A stretch of DNA of 59,273 nt from a virus (lineage: Duplodnaviria > Caudoviricetes), in the IMG/VR virus record IMGVR_UViG_3300048610_000026, positions 1-59,273 of that record; one strand, written 5' to 3'. A model generated the notes under the pieces. The model saw nothing but the letters and a program-made list of their open reading frames with translations, ran no database searches and was not told the origin of the DNA. Both the position numbers and the translations under genes were made by a program. Positions 19,273-29,329 of this stretch are shown one piece after another; position 1 is the first letter of the stretch; each line of letters opens with the position of its first letter.

Positions 19273-19509
19273 GTGAACGTGACCCGTAAAGAACTACGGA
19301 ACTTCGACAGAGAGGCGCAAGATCTGATTCTAGAAGCCCAGCGACTAGGCCTGACGGTGCGGCTTTCGCGTAAGAACCACGCCATCATCTGGTCTAAGAA
19401 CGGCATGACCACTGCGGTAGCGAGGAGACTTCACAGTGCAGGCCGAGCAGCACAGAACGCTCGCATCGGCGTAAGAAAAGTAATCGCAGACCACGTGGGC
19501 GCCCGATGA
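19273..19509 (+). CDS. HicA-like protein
   Basis: 78 aa basic; G.TV..S.KNH....G...R..QN pattern; atypical codons. Confidence 0.45.
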   Translation: MNVTRKELRNFDREAQDLILEAQRLGLTVRLSRKNHAIIWSKNGMTTAVARRLHSAGRAAQNARIGVRKVIADHVGAR

Positions 19510-19792
19510 TCCGGTGGAGGCGGATCGTACAGGCTTACCCCTGTCCGGTCTGCACCGCTGGACCTGGCGCTGACTGCCTGACGGCTAACGGGAACCGGAA
19601 GGCGGAGCCGCATACTGACCGTACGCGACTCGCCTCGGCGAACAACTGGGAGGATCCTGATGAAGTGCAAGCAGGAACTCTGTGAGTTCTGGAACGGCCA
19701 TCTCTGCGTCTGCGCCGCGATCGACGGTGACCCTGAGGCCATCGAAGCCCTGGAGAACTGGATGTCCGACGAGGACTAGGGCAACATAGACC

Positions 19793-19846
19793 GGGAGTGG
19801 CGGGCTTGGGTTTCCTAAGATCGCGGGCCCGCCACTCCCTCTTCCT
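19793..19846 (+). terminator. hairpin, possible terminator
   Basis: GGGAGTGGCGGGC...GCCCGCCACTCCC followed by TCTTCC. Confidence 0.5.
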
Positions 19847-20104
19847 TAAGGAGAGACATGAGTCACTTTGACGGAGGCGCTGAAGCCCTCCATGACGAGT
19901 ACCAGGCAGCCACGCTGAAGAAAGCAGGCCTGCCGGACCACCTCGAAGTCTCGGAGATGCGCCTGGAGTACGGAATCCAGGACGTCCGGGGGATCAAGTG
20001 GTTTGGTTACGCCAGCCGCGAGTCTGCCGAGGAGTTCTCTGGCGACGGGGACACTATCCTCGTCCGCGAGGTGATCAGCACCGAGTGGCGCGAGGCAACC
20101 CCCC

Positions 20105-20407
20105 GTGAGGACTAGCCAGCGCGAGCGCAGCGCTGAAGCCAAACTGCGTGACGGCGTGAAGAAGCGGCTGGGCGGTCTCGCACTGAAGTTGACCCCTACG
20201 GTTTCTGGTATCCCCGACCGTCTAGCAATCCTGCCCGGCGGCAAGGTCGTCTTCATCGAACTGAAGCGTGAGTCTGGCGGAGTCGTCAGCGAGATTCAGA
20301 AGGTCCAACACGACCGTCTGCGCGCGAAAGGGCATGACGTCGTCGTGCTCCGAGGAACGAAAGAGGTCGAGGCATGGCTGGCCGAGATGGAAGAGGAGAT
20401 GTCTTGA
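20105..20407 (+). CDS. VRR-NUC nuclease
   Basis: GIPDRL..LPGG...FIELK......SEIQ....L...G. Confidence 0.9.
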   Translation: MRTSQRERSAEAKLRDGVKKRLGGLALKLTPTVSGIPDRLAILPGGKVVFIELKRESGGVVSEIQKVQHDRLRAKGHDVVVLRGTKEVEAWLAEMEEEMS

Positions 20408-20916
20408 CCGGCCGACCGAGGATCTACCCCCGCGAGCGAGTGTGCGCTTGGTGTGGTGTCACCTATGAGGGATACCCCGGGAAGCCGAAAGGCGAGAAGA
20501 CCTACTGCAGCCGCGCACACTCAACCGCTGCGAACCGGGCCAAGCCAGGACACCAGCAGACAGCCGGGCAGCAAGGAGGTAAGGTTCGAGGCGAGCAGAT
20601 GTCTACTGCTCGTGAAGCCCGGGGAAACTCGAAGCGACCCCCACCCACGGGGTCTAGAAGTCCTCACGGCATCTCCAACTCCTACCTGAAGAAGGGTGAG
20701 AGGCACATCCATCGTCTCGTAGCCGAAGAGTGTCTAGGTCGGGAACTGCAACCAGGCGAGATCGTCCATCACGAGGACGAAGATAAGTGGAACAACGACC
20801 CGCCCAACCTGATCGTGTTCCCTTCGCAGGCAGTTCACGCCAGGCACCACAAACTGAAGCACTGCGGCAACCCTTGCGATTGCCCCGGAATCCGATTGGA
20901 GGTCCCAAGCCGATGA
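20404..20916 (+). CDS. HNH homing endonuclease
   Basis: HRLVAE..LGR.L...EIVHH.DEDK.NNDP.NL....Q..HARHH. Confidence 0.85.
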   Translation: MTGRPRIYPRERVCAWCGVTYEGYPGKPKGEKTYCSRAHSTAANRAKPGHQQTAGQQGGKVRGEQMSTAREARGNSKRPPPTGSRSPHGISNSYLKKGERHIHRLVAEECLGRELQPGEIVHHEDEDKWNNDPPNLIVFPSQAVHARHHKLKHCGNPCDCPGIRLEVPSR

Positions 20917-22292
20917 CCCGTCCTGAATTGCACGCATACCAGCAGCGCGGAGTAGAGCATCTTCACGCCTACCCCCGCGCCGCGCTTTTTATGGAGCCGG
21001 GTCTCGGTTGACTGTGCAAGACAGCCACCTCGCTCTCGGCGCTGACGACCGAGCACTTTCCTGTGCTGGTGATCGGGCCGAAGCGTGTTGCGATGCGCGT
21101 CTGGCCCGAAGAGGTCGAGAAGTGGCGGCCAGACCTGTCCATCGCGGTCGCGGTCGGCTCCCCGGCCAAGCGGGCGCGGATGCTGGCCAGCAGGGCCGAC
21201 ATCGTGACGATCAGCCAGGACTCGATCAAGGACGTGCCGGAGAAGCACAAGTTCCGCACAGTGATCATCGACGAGAGCCACAACTTCAAGAGCCGGGACA
21301 CCAACCGGTGGCGGCTGGCGAAGAAGATCACCAAGCGTGCCGAGAACGTCTGGCTGCTGACCGGCACGCCGACCGGAAACACCTCGATCGACCTGTGGTC
21401 TCAGGTCTATCTGCTCGACCAAGGTGAGCGGCTCGGCGTGGAGATCGCCGGTCGGAAGAACACCGGAATCACCGCCTTCCGCAACCGCTACTTCAGCCCC
21501 GCGCTGATCCTCGACTCGGGCGTGGTGGCGAAGTGGGAGCCGAAGCCTGGCGCCGATCAGCGCATCTTGGCGTTGATCGGCGACATCTGCCTGTCCATGA
21601 AGGCCGAGGACTACCTCGACATGCCGGACCTGATCACCAACCAGGTCAAGGTCGAGATGCCCCCGGCCGCACAGCGGGCGTACGAGGGCCTGCGCGACAA
21701 TCTGGTGGCTGACCTGGAGATCCTGGGCAGCACCATCCACACGGCGGCCAACGCGGCCGTGCTCACCAACCGGCTGGCTCAGGTCACGGCCGGATTCCTC
21801 TACGGCGACGAGACCAAGGCCGTCACCCGCCTGCACAGCGTCAAGATCGACGCGCTGAAGGAGATCGCCGAGGAGGCCGGGAGTCCACTCCTGGTCTTCT
21901 ACCGCTTCATCGAGGAAGCGAACATGATCCGCGAGACCTTCCTGGAGGCCAAGGGCGTGGACGACCCCGGAGCGCTCGATGACTGGAACCGTGGCCGGGT
22001 TCCGCTGCTCCTGGCCCACCCCAAGTCCGCCGGAGCAGGGCTGAATCTGCAGGCGGGCGGCCACCACATCGTCTGGACGAGCCCGAACTGGTCTCTGATC
22101 GACTACAAGCAGGCGAATGACCGCCTGCACCGCCAGGGCCAGGGGCACCCGGTGGTTGTGCACCACCTCGTGGCCGAGAAGGTCGACCGAGAAGCCATCA
22201 AGGTCGTCCAGGGCAAGAAGACCCTGCTCGAAGCGGTGCTCGACACCCTGGGCGTGGACCCAGACACCTACAACGAAGGAGACGCAGCATGA
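20913..22292 (+). CDS. SNF2-family helicase interrupted by an in-frame TGA within Walker A
   Basis: LHAYQ...LFMEPGLG*LCKT...; DESH, LTGTP and GAGLNLQ...QANDRLHRQGQ motifs, all in one frame. Confidence 0.85.
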
Positions 22293-23065
22293 TCATCAAC
22301 CTGAACATCGATACCCGGGAAGACCTGTCGGAGAACGACAAGGTCGTCCTGCTCGCGCTCGCGGGTGAGATCAGCCTGGCTGAAGGAAAGGCCACCGAGC
22401 CGGTCCAGGAGACCCCGAAGCACACCCCGTCACCCGAGGGCCTCGCGGCCATCGAGCGGGACACGGCTCTGACTGAGACCGAGAGCATCCTCGCCGACTC
22501 AGACACGATGGAGGCCCTCGCCGAGGCCAAGGCTGAGCCCACCCCGGAGCCGGAGAAGGCCCCGAAGAAGGTCAACGTCTCCGAGGCCTCGCTGAAGAAG
22601 TACGGCTTCCACATCGCCGAGAACGGCGACGTCACCTGCGACCACTGCGAGTACGTCTCCGAGACCGGCCGGGCGCTGCACCTGCACGCTGGGACGCACA
22701 AGGACGAGGCCACGAAGCCGACCCTCAAGTCGGTCAAGGACGAGCCGGAGGCAGGCGTAGACGCCTTCCTGGGCTCCGAGGAGCCTTCGGTCGGAGAGGT
22801 CGAGGAGGTCGCCAAGGAGATCCAGGGCGCTCCGGACCCCGAGCCTGAGGTCGTAGAGGCCAAGGTCGTCGAGACGGACCCGAAGGCCCTGCGCGACAAG
22901 GTCGCCAAGGTCGCGACCGCGATGGTCGCGGCGCAGCGTCAGGGCGAGATCCGCAAGGTGCTCGACGAACTCGGCGTGGCCCGGGTCTCGATGGTCGCTG
23001 AGGCGGACCTGCAGAAGTTCCTGGACGCCGAGCCGATCGCCGCGTTCGCCGCCAAGGACGCCTGA
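22289..23065 (+). CDS. acidic replication-module protein with a C2H2-like zinc finger
   Basis: CDHC...HLH motif; typical position before DUF2800. Confidence 0.6.
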   Translation: MIINLNIDTREDLSENDKVVLLALAGEISLAEGKATEPVQETPKHTPSPEGLAAIERDTALTETESILADSDTMEALAEAKAEPTPEPEKAPKKVNVSEASLKKYGFHIAENGDVTCDHCEYVSETGRALHLHAGTHKDEATKPTLKSVKDEPEAGVDAFLGSEEPSVGEVEEVAKEIQGAPDPEPEVVEAKVVETDPKALRDKVAKVATAMVAAQRQGEIRKVLDELGVARVSMVAEADLQKFLDAEPIAAFAAKDA

Positions 23066-23184
23066 GGTGCCGGGAGCCTCTTACAAAGCGGTGCACAAGA
23101 GGCTCTACCGGATCTTCGGCTCGGCCAGGGAGCACCTGTGCGCGCACCACCAAACCATCACAGGACACGGAAGGAGGGATCGCG

Positions 23185-24348
23185 TTGCCGTCTGAACACG
23201 CTCGGCTGTCTCCCTCGTCGGCTCACCGTTGGATCCACTGCCCGGCCAGCGTTCTCCTCGCGGAGGACGCTGGCCAGGTGCCCGACGAGGACTCGCCGTA
23301 CGCAGCAGAGGGAACCAGGGCGCACACCCTGGCCGAGATCGAGGCTTCGAGGTACTTCGGATGGATCGATGACCTTGAATACAAGCGTCGTCGTGACACC
23401 TGGAAGGCCACGCTCGTCGGCGAGCACGAAGAGCAGGACATGGCCGAGGCCGCCGAAGGCTACATCACGCTGATCCAGGCAGTGGTCGACGCCAACCCGG
23501 GCGCGGTCGTCCTGCTGGAGCAGCGGATGGACACCGGGGTCCCCTCCTGCTGGGGGACCGGCGACACCGTGGTCATCGCTCCAGGCCTGATCCACGTGAT
23601 CGACCTGAAGTACGGCACCGGTGTCGAGGTCTACGCCGAGGACAACGAGCAGTTGATGCTCTACGGGGTCGGCGCGTTGGACACCTTCGACATCATCGGC
23701 GAGGTCGACGACGTCTGCGTACAGATCTACCAGCCGCGCCGCAACCACGTGGACACCTACTGTCTCTCGGCTGCCGAACTCCGGGCCTGGCGCGACAGCG
23801 TCATCCCGATCGCCGAGGCAGCGCTGCAGGGGGGCGCTGAGTTCGGCCCGAGCGAGGAGGCCTGCCGCTGGTGCCCGGTCGCCGGGGAGTGCTCGGCGCG
23901 GGCCCGCTTCGTCGCGACTCGTGACTTCGGCGAGCCGACCCTGCTCGATCCCGAGCAGTTGGCGGAGGCTGTGGCGCAGATCCCGAACATCCGCCGCTGG
24001 TGCCAGCAGGTGGAAGAGCGAGCGCTGACCAAGGCCTACCAGGACGGCGTCACCATCCCAGGCTTCAAGGTGGTGCGGTCCAACGGCCGCCGTCAGATCA
24101 AGGACGACGCGCTGGCGATCCAGACGCTGATCGACAACGGGTTCAAAGCTGAGCAGGTCGCGAACTTCTCGGTGAAGGCGTTCGGCGACCTGGAGCGGCT
24201 GCTGCCGAAGGACGAACTGAACCTCCTGCTCGGCGACATCATCACCAAGACCGAGGGGAAGCCCTCACTCGTCCCGCTCGACGACAAGCGGGAGCCCATC
24301 AACGCACTGGAGGAAGAGAGCAAGGTGTTCGGAGTGATCGAGCAGTGA
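23185..24348 (+). CDS. DUF2800 Cas4/RecB-like exonuclease
   Basis: HARLSPSSAHRW..CP.S; WGTGD; IDLKYG.G; QLMLY; CRWCP..C.AR. Confidence 0.9.
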   Translation: MPSEHARLSPSSAHRWIHCPASVLLAEDAGQVPDEDSPYAAEGTRAHTLAEIEASRYFGWIDDLEYKRRRDTWKATLVGEHEEQDMAEAAEGYITLIQAVVDANPGAVVLLEQRMDTGVPSCWGTGDTVVIAPGLIHVIDLKYGTGVEVYAEDNEQLMLYGVGALDTFDIIGEVDDVCVQIYQPRRNHVDTYCLSAAELRAWRDSVIPIAEAALQGGAEFGPSEEACRWCPVAGECSARARFVATRDFGEPTLLDPEQLAEAVAQIPNIRRWCQQVEERALTKAYQDGVTIPGFKVVRSNGRRQIKDDALAIQTLIDNGFKAEQVANFSVKAFGDLERLLPKDELNLLLGDIITKTEGKPSLVPLDDKREPINALEEESKVFGVIEQ

Positions 24349-24665
24349 TCGCGGTCGCGGTCGTCTTCGTCGTCCTGACGACGGTGGCAGCGGGGTTCGT
24401 CTTCGCGCCGCAGATCGGCGACTGGATCGACGAGTTCACATGGGCGAGGGTCAATCGGCGGGAGTACCGCCGAATGATCAAGTTCAACCCGCACCTGCGT
24501 CCGGAGACGCTGGAGCAGATGACCCGCCGCGCCTGGGAAGAACACCAGCGCAGGGCTCTTGACCAACGGCCTACGTAGGCCGTAGATTGAAGCCAGCCGT
24601 CCCCGAGAGCATTCCCCGCTCGACGGGGGCGGCATCCAACAACCGATTGAAACCAGAGGAAACAG

Positions 24666-25214
24666 ATGGCAACCAAGGTCACCACCGGAGTCGTCCGCGC
24701 GTCGTTCGTTCGCATCTTCGAGCCGCAGCCCGGCAAGAACCCGAGCGACAAGCCGAAGTACGGCATCACCCTGCTCATCCCGAAGTCGGACAAGGCCACG
24801 CTCGACGCGCTCTACGCCGCTGAGTCCGAGGCCAAGGAGGCGGGCAAGAGCACCAAGTTCGGCGGCAGCATTCCGCCGAACCTGAAGACCGTCATCCGCG
24901 ACGGCGACACCGACCAGGACACCGACCGCTACCCCGAGTTCGCCGGGAACATGTTCATGAACGTCCGCTCCGACCGCAAGCCGGTCGTCGTGGACCAGAA
25001 CGTCCAGGAGATCCTGGACCCGACCGAGGTCTACTCGGGCTGCTGGGTCAAGGCCAGCGTCAACGCCTTCCCGTTCAACGCTGACGGCAGCAAGGGCATC
25101 TCGTTCGGTCTGAACGCGATCCAGAAGGTCCGCGACGACGAGGCGTTCACCAGCACCAAGATCGACGCCAACGAGGAGTTCCAGCCGATCTCCGACGACG
25201 GCGGCGTTCTCTGA
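24666..25214 (+). CDS. DUF2815 ssDNA-binding protein
   Basis: KY...LLIPKSD, RDGD, EVYSGC, GISFGLN.IQK..D; acidic tail. Confidence 0.9.
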   Translation: MATKVTTGVVRASFVRIFEPQPGKNPSDKPKYGITLLIPKSDKATLDALYAAESEAKEAGKSTKFGGSIPPNLKTVIRDGDTDQDTDRYPEFAGNMFMNVRSDRKPVVVDQNVQEILDPTEVYSGCWVKASVNAFPFNADGSKGISFGLNAIQKVRDDEAFTSTKIDANEEFQPISDDGGVL

Positions 25215-25304
25215 GCGTCACCCCCTGAACGGCGGCCCGTGGCGGGCTTTGGAGTGGTTCCTTTCACCCGCCACGGGCCGCTTCATATCTACGAGAGGAA
25301 GCAC

Positions 25305-25905
25305 ATGACTGACTTCGACGAGGTCGTCACCGCCTGGGACCAGGCCGACCCCGAGCGCATCCACCCGCTGCGCCGTACGAGCGAGGAAGCGTACTGGGAC
25401 TCCGGTGTCGCGCAGGCCGCCCAGGTGGCTGCCCTCCTGCCGGAGGGCGGTGCTCGTGTGATCGACTTCGGCTGCGGTGATGGCCGCCTCTCGATCCCGA
25501 TGCACCGAGCTCGCGGTCGACTCCTCCCAAGAGATGCTGAACCGGCTCACCGAGCGCGAGCCAGAGATCGCGACCCTGCAGTCGGACGGCACGGACATCG
25601 AGAGCGTCTTCCCCGACGCCTGGAAGGCTGACGCGCTCGTCTGCCGCGCGGTGTTGATCCACCACGGCTACAACGACGTGGCCCGGCTCGTGAAGAACTT
25701 CGCCACGCTCGTGAAGCCTGGCGGCCTGCTGATCGCCGACTGGCCGGTCGGGACGCCCCGGGAGCGCAGCCACTGGATCGACGTGACGACCTGGGATAGA
25801 CCTACCCGGGACAAGACGGCTGACCTGGCTGGCTGGGAGCCCGTCGAGGTCGACAACGACCCGTCGATTTGGCGGCGCAAGGACGACAGCGATGACGTCC
25901 TCTGA
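25305..25905 (+). pseudogene. class I SAM methyltransferase, frameshifted near 25500
   Basis: IDFGCGDGRL in one frame; AVDSS.EML...C.AVLIH...VKPGG.L in the +1 frame. Confidence 0.7.
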
Positions 25906-26121
25906 CCCGTTCGGTCCTTTCGAGGTCGAGATCACGTTCTGCCAGCCGAGCCCTGAGGTGCTGAACCTCCTGACCGGCGGGGCCTTCGACACCAACACGC
26001 CCAGCCTCCCGGTCTCGATCGAGATCGTGGCTCCGATCAAGCGGACGTTCTGGCAGTGGCTGCTGCGCAAGCCCCAGCAGTACCGCACCTATTACATCCC
26101 CCGAGCCAGGATCGAGAAGCC

Positions 26122-28008
26122 GTGACTCTCGCCTTCATCGACTTCGAGACGTACTCGTGCACGGACCTGAAGAAGTCCGGTGCGTACCGCTACGTCGAGG
26201 ATCCCACCTTCGAGGTGCTGATGCTCGCTATCTCCCTCGATGGCGGGCCGGTGGAGTCCTACGTCGGCGAGCAGCGGATCCTGGAGGTTCTCCGGCCGCT
26301 GCTCGCTCGCGACGACGTCCGCTTCGTGGCGCACAACGCCAACTTCGAGCGGATCGTCATGAGCGCGCTGCTGGGGATGCCGGTCGGCACCTACCTGCAC
26401 CCGCGCAAGTTCATATGCACCGCCGTGCTTGCAGCGGAGTACAGCCTGCCGAGGTCGCTGGACAAGTTGGGTGAGACGCTCGGCGGAGCGCGGAAGGACT
26501 CGGCCGGTACCCGGCTGATCAACCTGTTCTCGAAACCGTACCGCCGCAAGCGGGTCCTGCCCGAGGACCGGCCGGAGGAGTGGCTGGAGTTCATCGCCTA
26601 CTGCGTCCAGGACGTCTACACCCTGATCGACGTCTTCCGTCGGCTACCGAAGAAATGGCCCACGGACGTCGAGAGGCCGCTGTGGGAAGCGAACGAACTC
26701 CTCAACGACCGAGGCGTCAAGATCGACGTCGCGATGGTCGCTGCTGCCGTCTTCGCTGGGGACGAACTGAAGGCCCGGCTGATGGCCGAGTCCAAGGAGA
26801 TCACCGGGCTGGCCAACCCCAACAGCACCCAGCAGTTGCATGGCTGGCTCGCCGAGCGTGGCGCTCCGCTGGAGAACCTCCAGAAGGAGACCGTTGAGAC
26901 GGCGCTGGAGTTGAACGATGAGATGCCGGACGACGTACGTCGCGTGCTGGAGATCCGGCTGGAGACCAGCCTGGCCTCGCTGAAGAAGTTCGAGGCCGCG
27001 CTGCGAGGCGTCAACGATGACGACCGGCTGCGGGGCCACATCCGCTTCTTCGCCGCGCACACCGGCCGCTTCGGTGGCACCGGGGTGCAGACCCAGAACC
27101 TCACCCGCGAGATCCTGGCGGCGGTCAAGGCGTACTTCCTCGACTGCAAGGAGCGCGAGGTCGAGCCGCTGCAGAGCGACATCGACAAGGTGGTCCAGGG
27201 CGAAGTCGACCGGCTGATCGCAGGTGAGGGGGAGATCACCTCCGAGTTCCTCAAGGGCCTGATCCGGCCGATGTTCGTCGGCCCGTTCACAGGCGTGGAC
27301 TTCTCGGCCATCGAGGCACGCGTCATCGCCTGGCTGGCCCACGAGAAGTGGGTCCTGGACGCCTTCGCTGAGGGCCGCGACATCTACGTCGAAACCGCCA
27401 ACCGTCTCGGTGAGGGCTACACCCGTCAGCAGGGCAAGGTCGCCGTGCTGGCGCTCGGCTTCGGTGGCGGTGAAGGTGCGCTGCTGCGGATGGGTGCAGA
27501 AGGTACCAGCGAGGAACTGCAAATCATCAAGCGCCTGTGGCGTACAACGAACCCCGCGATCGTGCGGTTCTGGCGAGCCTGCGAGTTGGGCTTCAAGCAG
27601 GGCGGCAAGGCGGGCCGGATCACCTTCCGCAAGTTCGGCAAGGACATGCACGCGATCCTGCCGTCCGGCCGCGCGCTGATCTACCGCGACGTCCGGGTCT
27701 TCCACGACCCGATCGAAGGCGAGCGGCTGACATACATGGACCCGAAGGGCTACCGGGCCGACACCTGGGGTGGCTCGATCGCTGAGAACGTCACCCAGGC
27801 GGTCGCTCGCGACGTCCTCGCGGAGTCGATGGTGCGGATGACCGAGCGCGGCTACCCGATCGTGCTGCACGTGCACGACGAGATCGTGCTCGACGGCCTC
27901 TACGACGTCAACGACGTGGCCGACCAGATGTGCGAGATGGAACCGTGGATGGCCGGGCTGCCGCTGGCAGCCGAGGGCAGCCAGATGAACCGATACCAGA
28001 AGGGTTAG
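26122..28008 (+). CDS. family A DNA polymerase with 3'-5' exonuclease
   Basis: IDFETYS, AHNANFER, YCVQDV; HTGRF; DFSAIEARV; RQQGK; ENVTQA.ARD; HVHDEI. Confidence 0.95.
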   Translation: MTLAFIDFETYSCTDLKKSGAYRYVEDPTFEVLMLAISLDGGPVESYVGEQRILEVLRPLLARDDVRFVAHNANFERIVMSALLGMPVGTYLHPRKFICTAVLAAEYSLPRSLDKLGETLGGARKDSAGTRLINLFSKPYRRKRVLPEDRPEEWLEFIAYCVQDVYTLIDVFRRLPKKWPTDVERPLWEANELLNDRGVKIDVAMVAAAVFAGDELKARLMAESKEITGLANPNSTQQLHGWLAERGAPLENLQKETVETALELNDEMPDDVRRVLEIRLETSLASLKKFEAALRGVNDDDRLRGHIRFFAAHTGRFGGTGVQTQNLTREILAAVKAYFLDCKEREVEPLQSDIDKVVQGEVDRLIAGEGEITSEFLKGLIRPMFVGPFTGVDFSAIEARVIAWLAHEKWVLDAFAEGRDIYVETANRLGEGYTRQQGKVAVLALGFGGGEGALLRMGAEGTSEELQIIKRLWRTTNPAIVRFWRACELGFKQGGKAGRITFRKFGKDMHAILPSGRALIYRDVRVFHDPIEGERLTYMDPKGYRADTWGGSIAENVTQAVARDVLAESMVRMTERGYPIVLHVHDEIVLDGLYDVNDVADQMCEMEPWMAGLPLAAEGSQMNRYQKG

Positions 28009-28655
28009 GAGGACGTGATGTCCGACAGGGAGAAGACCGAGCGGCTGTTCCTGGCCGCCGAGCAGCAGGAGCGACGTACGAGGTATGAAGCGCTGCTGGA
28101 CAACGTGCTCAAGGAGACGCACTCGCTGGTCGAGATGCTCACGGAGATCGACATCCCCGTGGATGACTCCGCGATCCACGAGACGCTGCAGCGCCTGCGT
28201 GACGAGTTCGGACCGGGGGAGTTGACGTGATTCTCGACGACCTGCTGGACAACTACCCGAAGCCGACGCTTCCGTACCGCCAGGCCATCGGCCTGGCCAC
28301 GATGAACGGCAAGGCTGAGGAGGTGGACGCGGCCCGTCGCGACTACTACGCGGTGGTGATGGAGAACATGCTGGCGAAGAACCTCTCCAAGTTGCCGCTG
28401 CCGCTGACCAAGGAGCAGGCGGACCGGATCCGTGCGCTGCTCAACTACGACCCGACGAAAGCAGGCTGACATGGCAATCGCACTCGCCGTTCTCGCGACG
28501 GTCTTCGCGTTCTGGGTGGTCACCTCGATCCTGATCTCGATCAGCGAAGAAGACATCTTCGCCGGGATGCTTGGAGGCTTCTACGTCACCGTCATCGCAT
28601 CCGTCGTCGGCGGCATCATCACCGGCACCGTGCTGATGTGGTTGGAGGTGGTCTG

Positions 28656-28904
28656 ATGGACGGACTGTGGTCCTGGGCCCTCACACTCATCGGCGTGAGC
28701 GGCTTCTGGCTGGCCGGACGCAAGGTCTGGTGGTCCTGGTACATCAACATCGCCAACCAGGCGCTGTGGACCACCTACGCGATCGTCACGCAGCAGTGGG
28801 GCTTCCTGCTCGGCGTGCCGATCTACCTCGCGGTGTTCATCCCCAACGCAGTCCGCTGGACCCGCGAGCACAAGGCCGCAACCAACATCGAGGAGACCGT
28901 CTGA
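28656..28904 (+). CDS. PnuC-like small membrane protein
   Basis: Three Trp-rich hydrophobic segments. Confidence 0.5.
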   Translation: MDGLWSWALTLIGVSGFWLAGRKVWWSWYINIANQALWTTYAIVTQQWGFLLGVPIYLAVFIPNAVRWTREHKAATNIEETV

Positions 28905-29329
28905 TGGCGCGCATCGGGGCGCTGGACGACCTCCGCGTGAAGATTGAGTCTCGACTGCTTCCTGACGAGAACGACTGCTGGATCTGGCAGGGGGCTATCG
29001 GTTCGGGGGGTCGGTACGGAAACGTCTGGTGGGACGGGAAGAGCCGACCGACACACCGCGCCTACCTCCAGACCCTCGGCGTCGACGTTGAGGGGCTGGT
29101 GGTCGACCACCTGTGCCGAGTGACGCTTTGCTGCAACCCCGAGCATCTGGAGCCGGTGACCCAGAAGGTGAACGTCGAGCGCGGTGACCTGGTCAAGTGG
29201 CGCGAAGGTCGTACCCACTGCGACCGAGGGCACGTTCTCGCAGCCGACAACATCTACACGCGACCCAGCGATGGGTACAAGTTCTGCCGAGGCTGCATGC
29301 GGCTTCACTACGAGAAGAGGGTGGCCTGA
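28904..29329 (+). CDS. HNH homing endonuclease
   Basis: CWIWQG...YG...HR...DHLC....CCNPEHLEPVT...N; THC..GH. Confidence 0.9.
   Translation: MARIGALDDLRVKIESRLLPDENDCWIWQGAIGSGGRYGNVWWDGKSRPTHRAYLQTLGVDVEGLVVDHLCRVTLCCNPEHLEPVTQKVNVERGDLVKWREGRTHCDRGHVLAADNIYTRPSDGYKFCRGCMRLHYEKRVA

Noticed and set aside
19590-19612. SRP RNA-like CCGGAAGG loop
   Set aside because: Only a short match; the flanking conserved internal loop is not convincing.
21006-21020. Group I intron or intein in the helicase
   Set aside because: The insert is only 9 nt, with no ribozyme core or intein motifs visible.
23185-24348. Cas4 as part of a CRISPR system
   Set aside because: It is the DUF2800 exonuclease in its usual DUF2815/PolA replication context.
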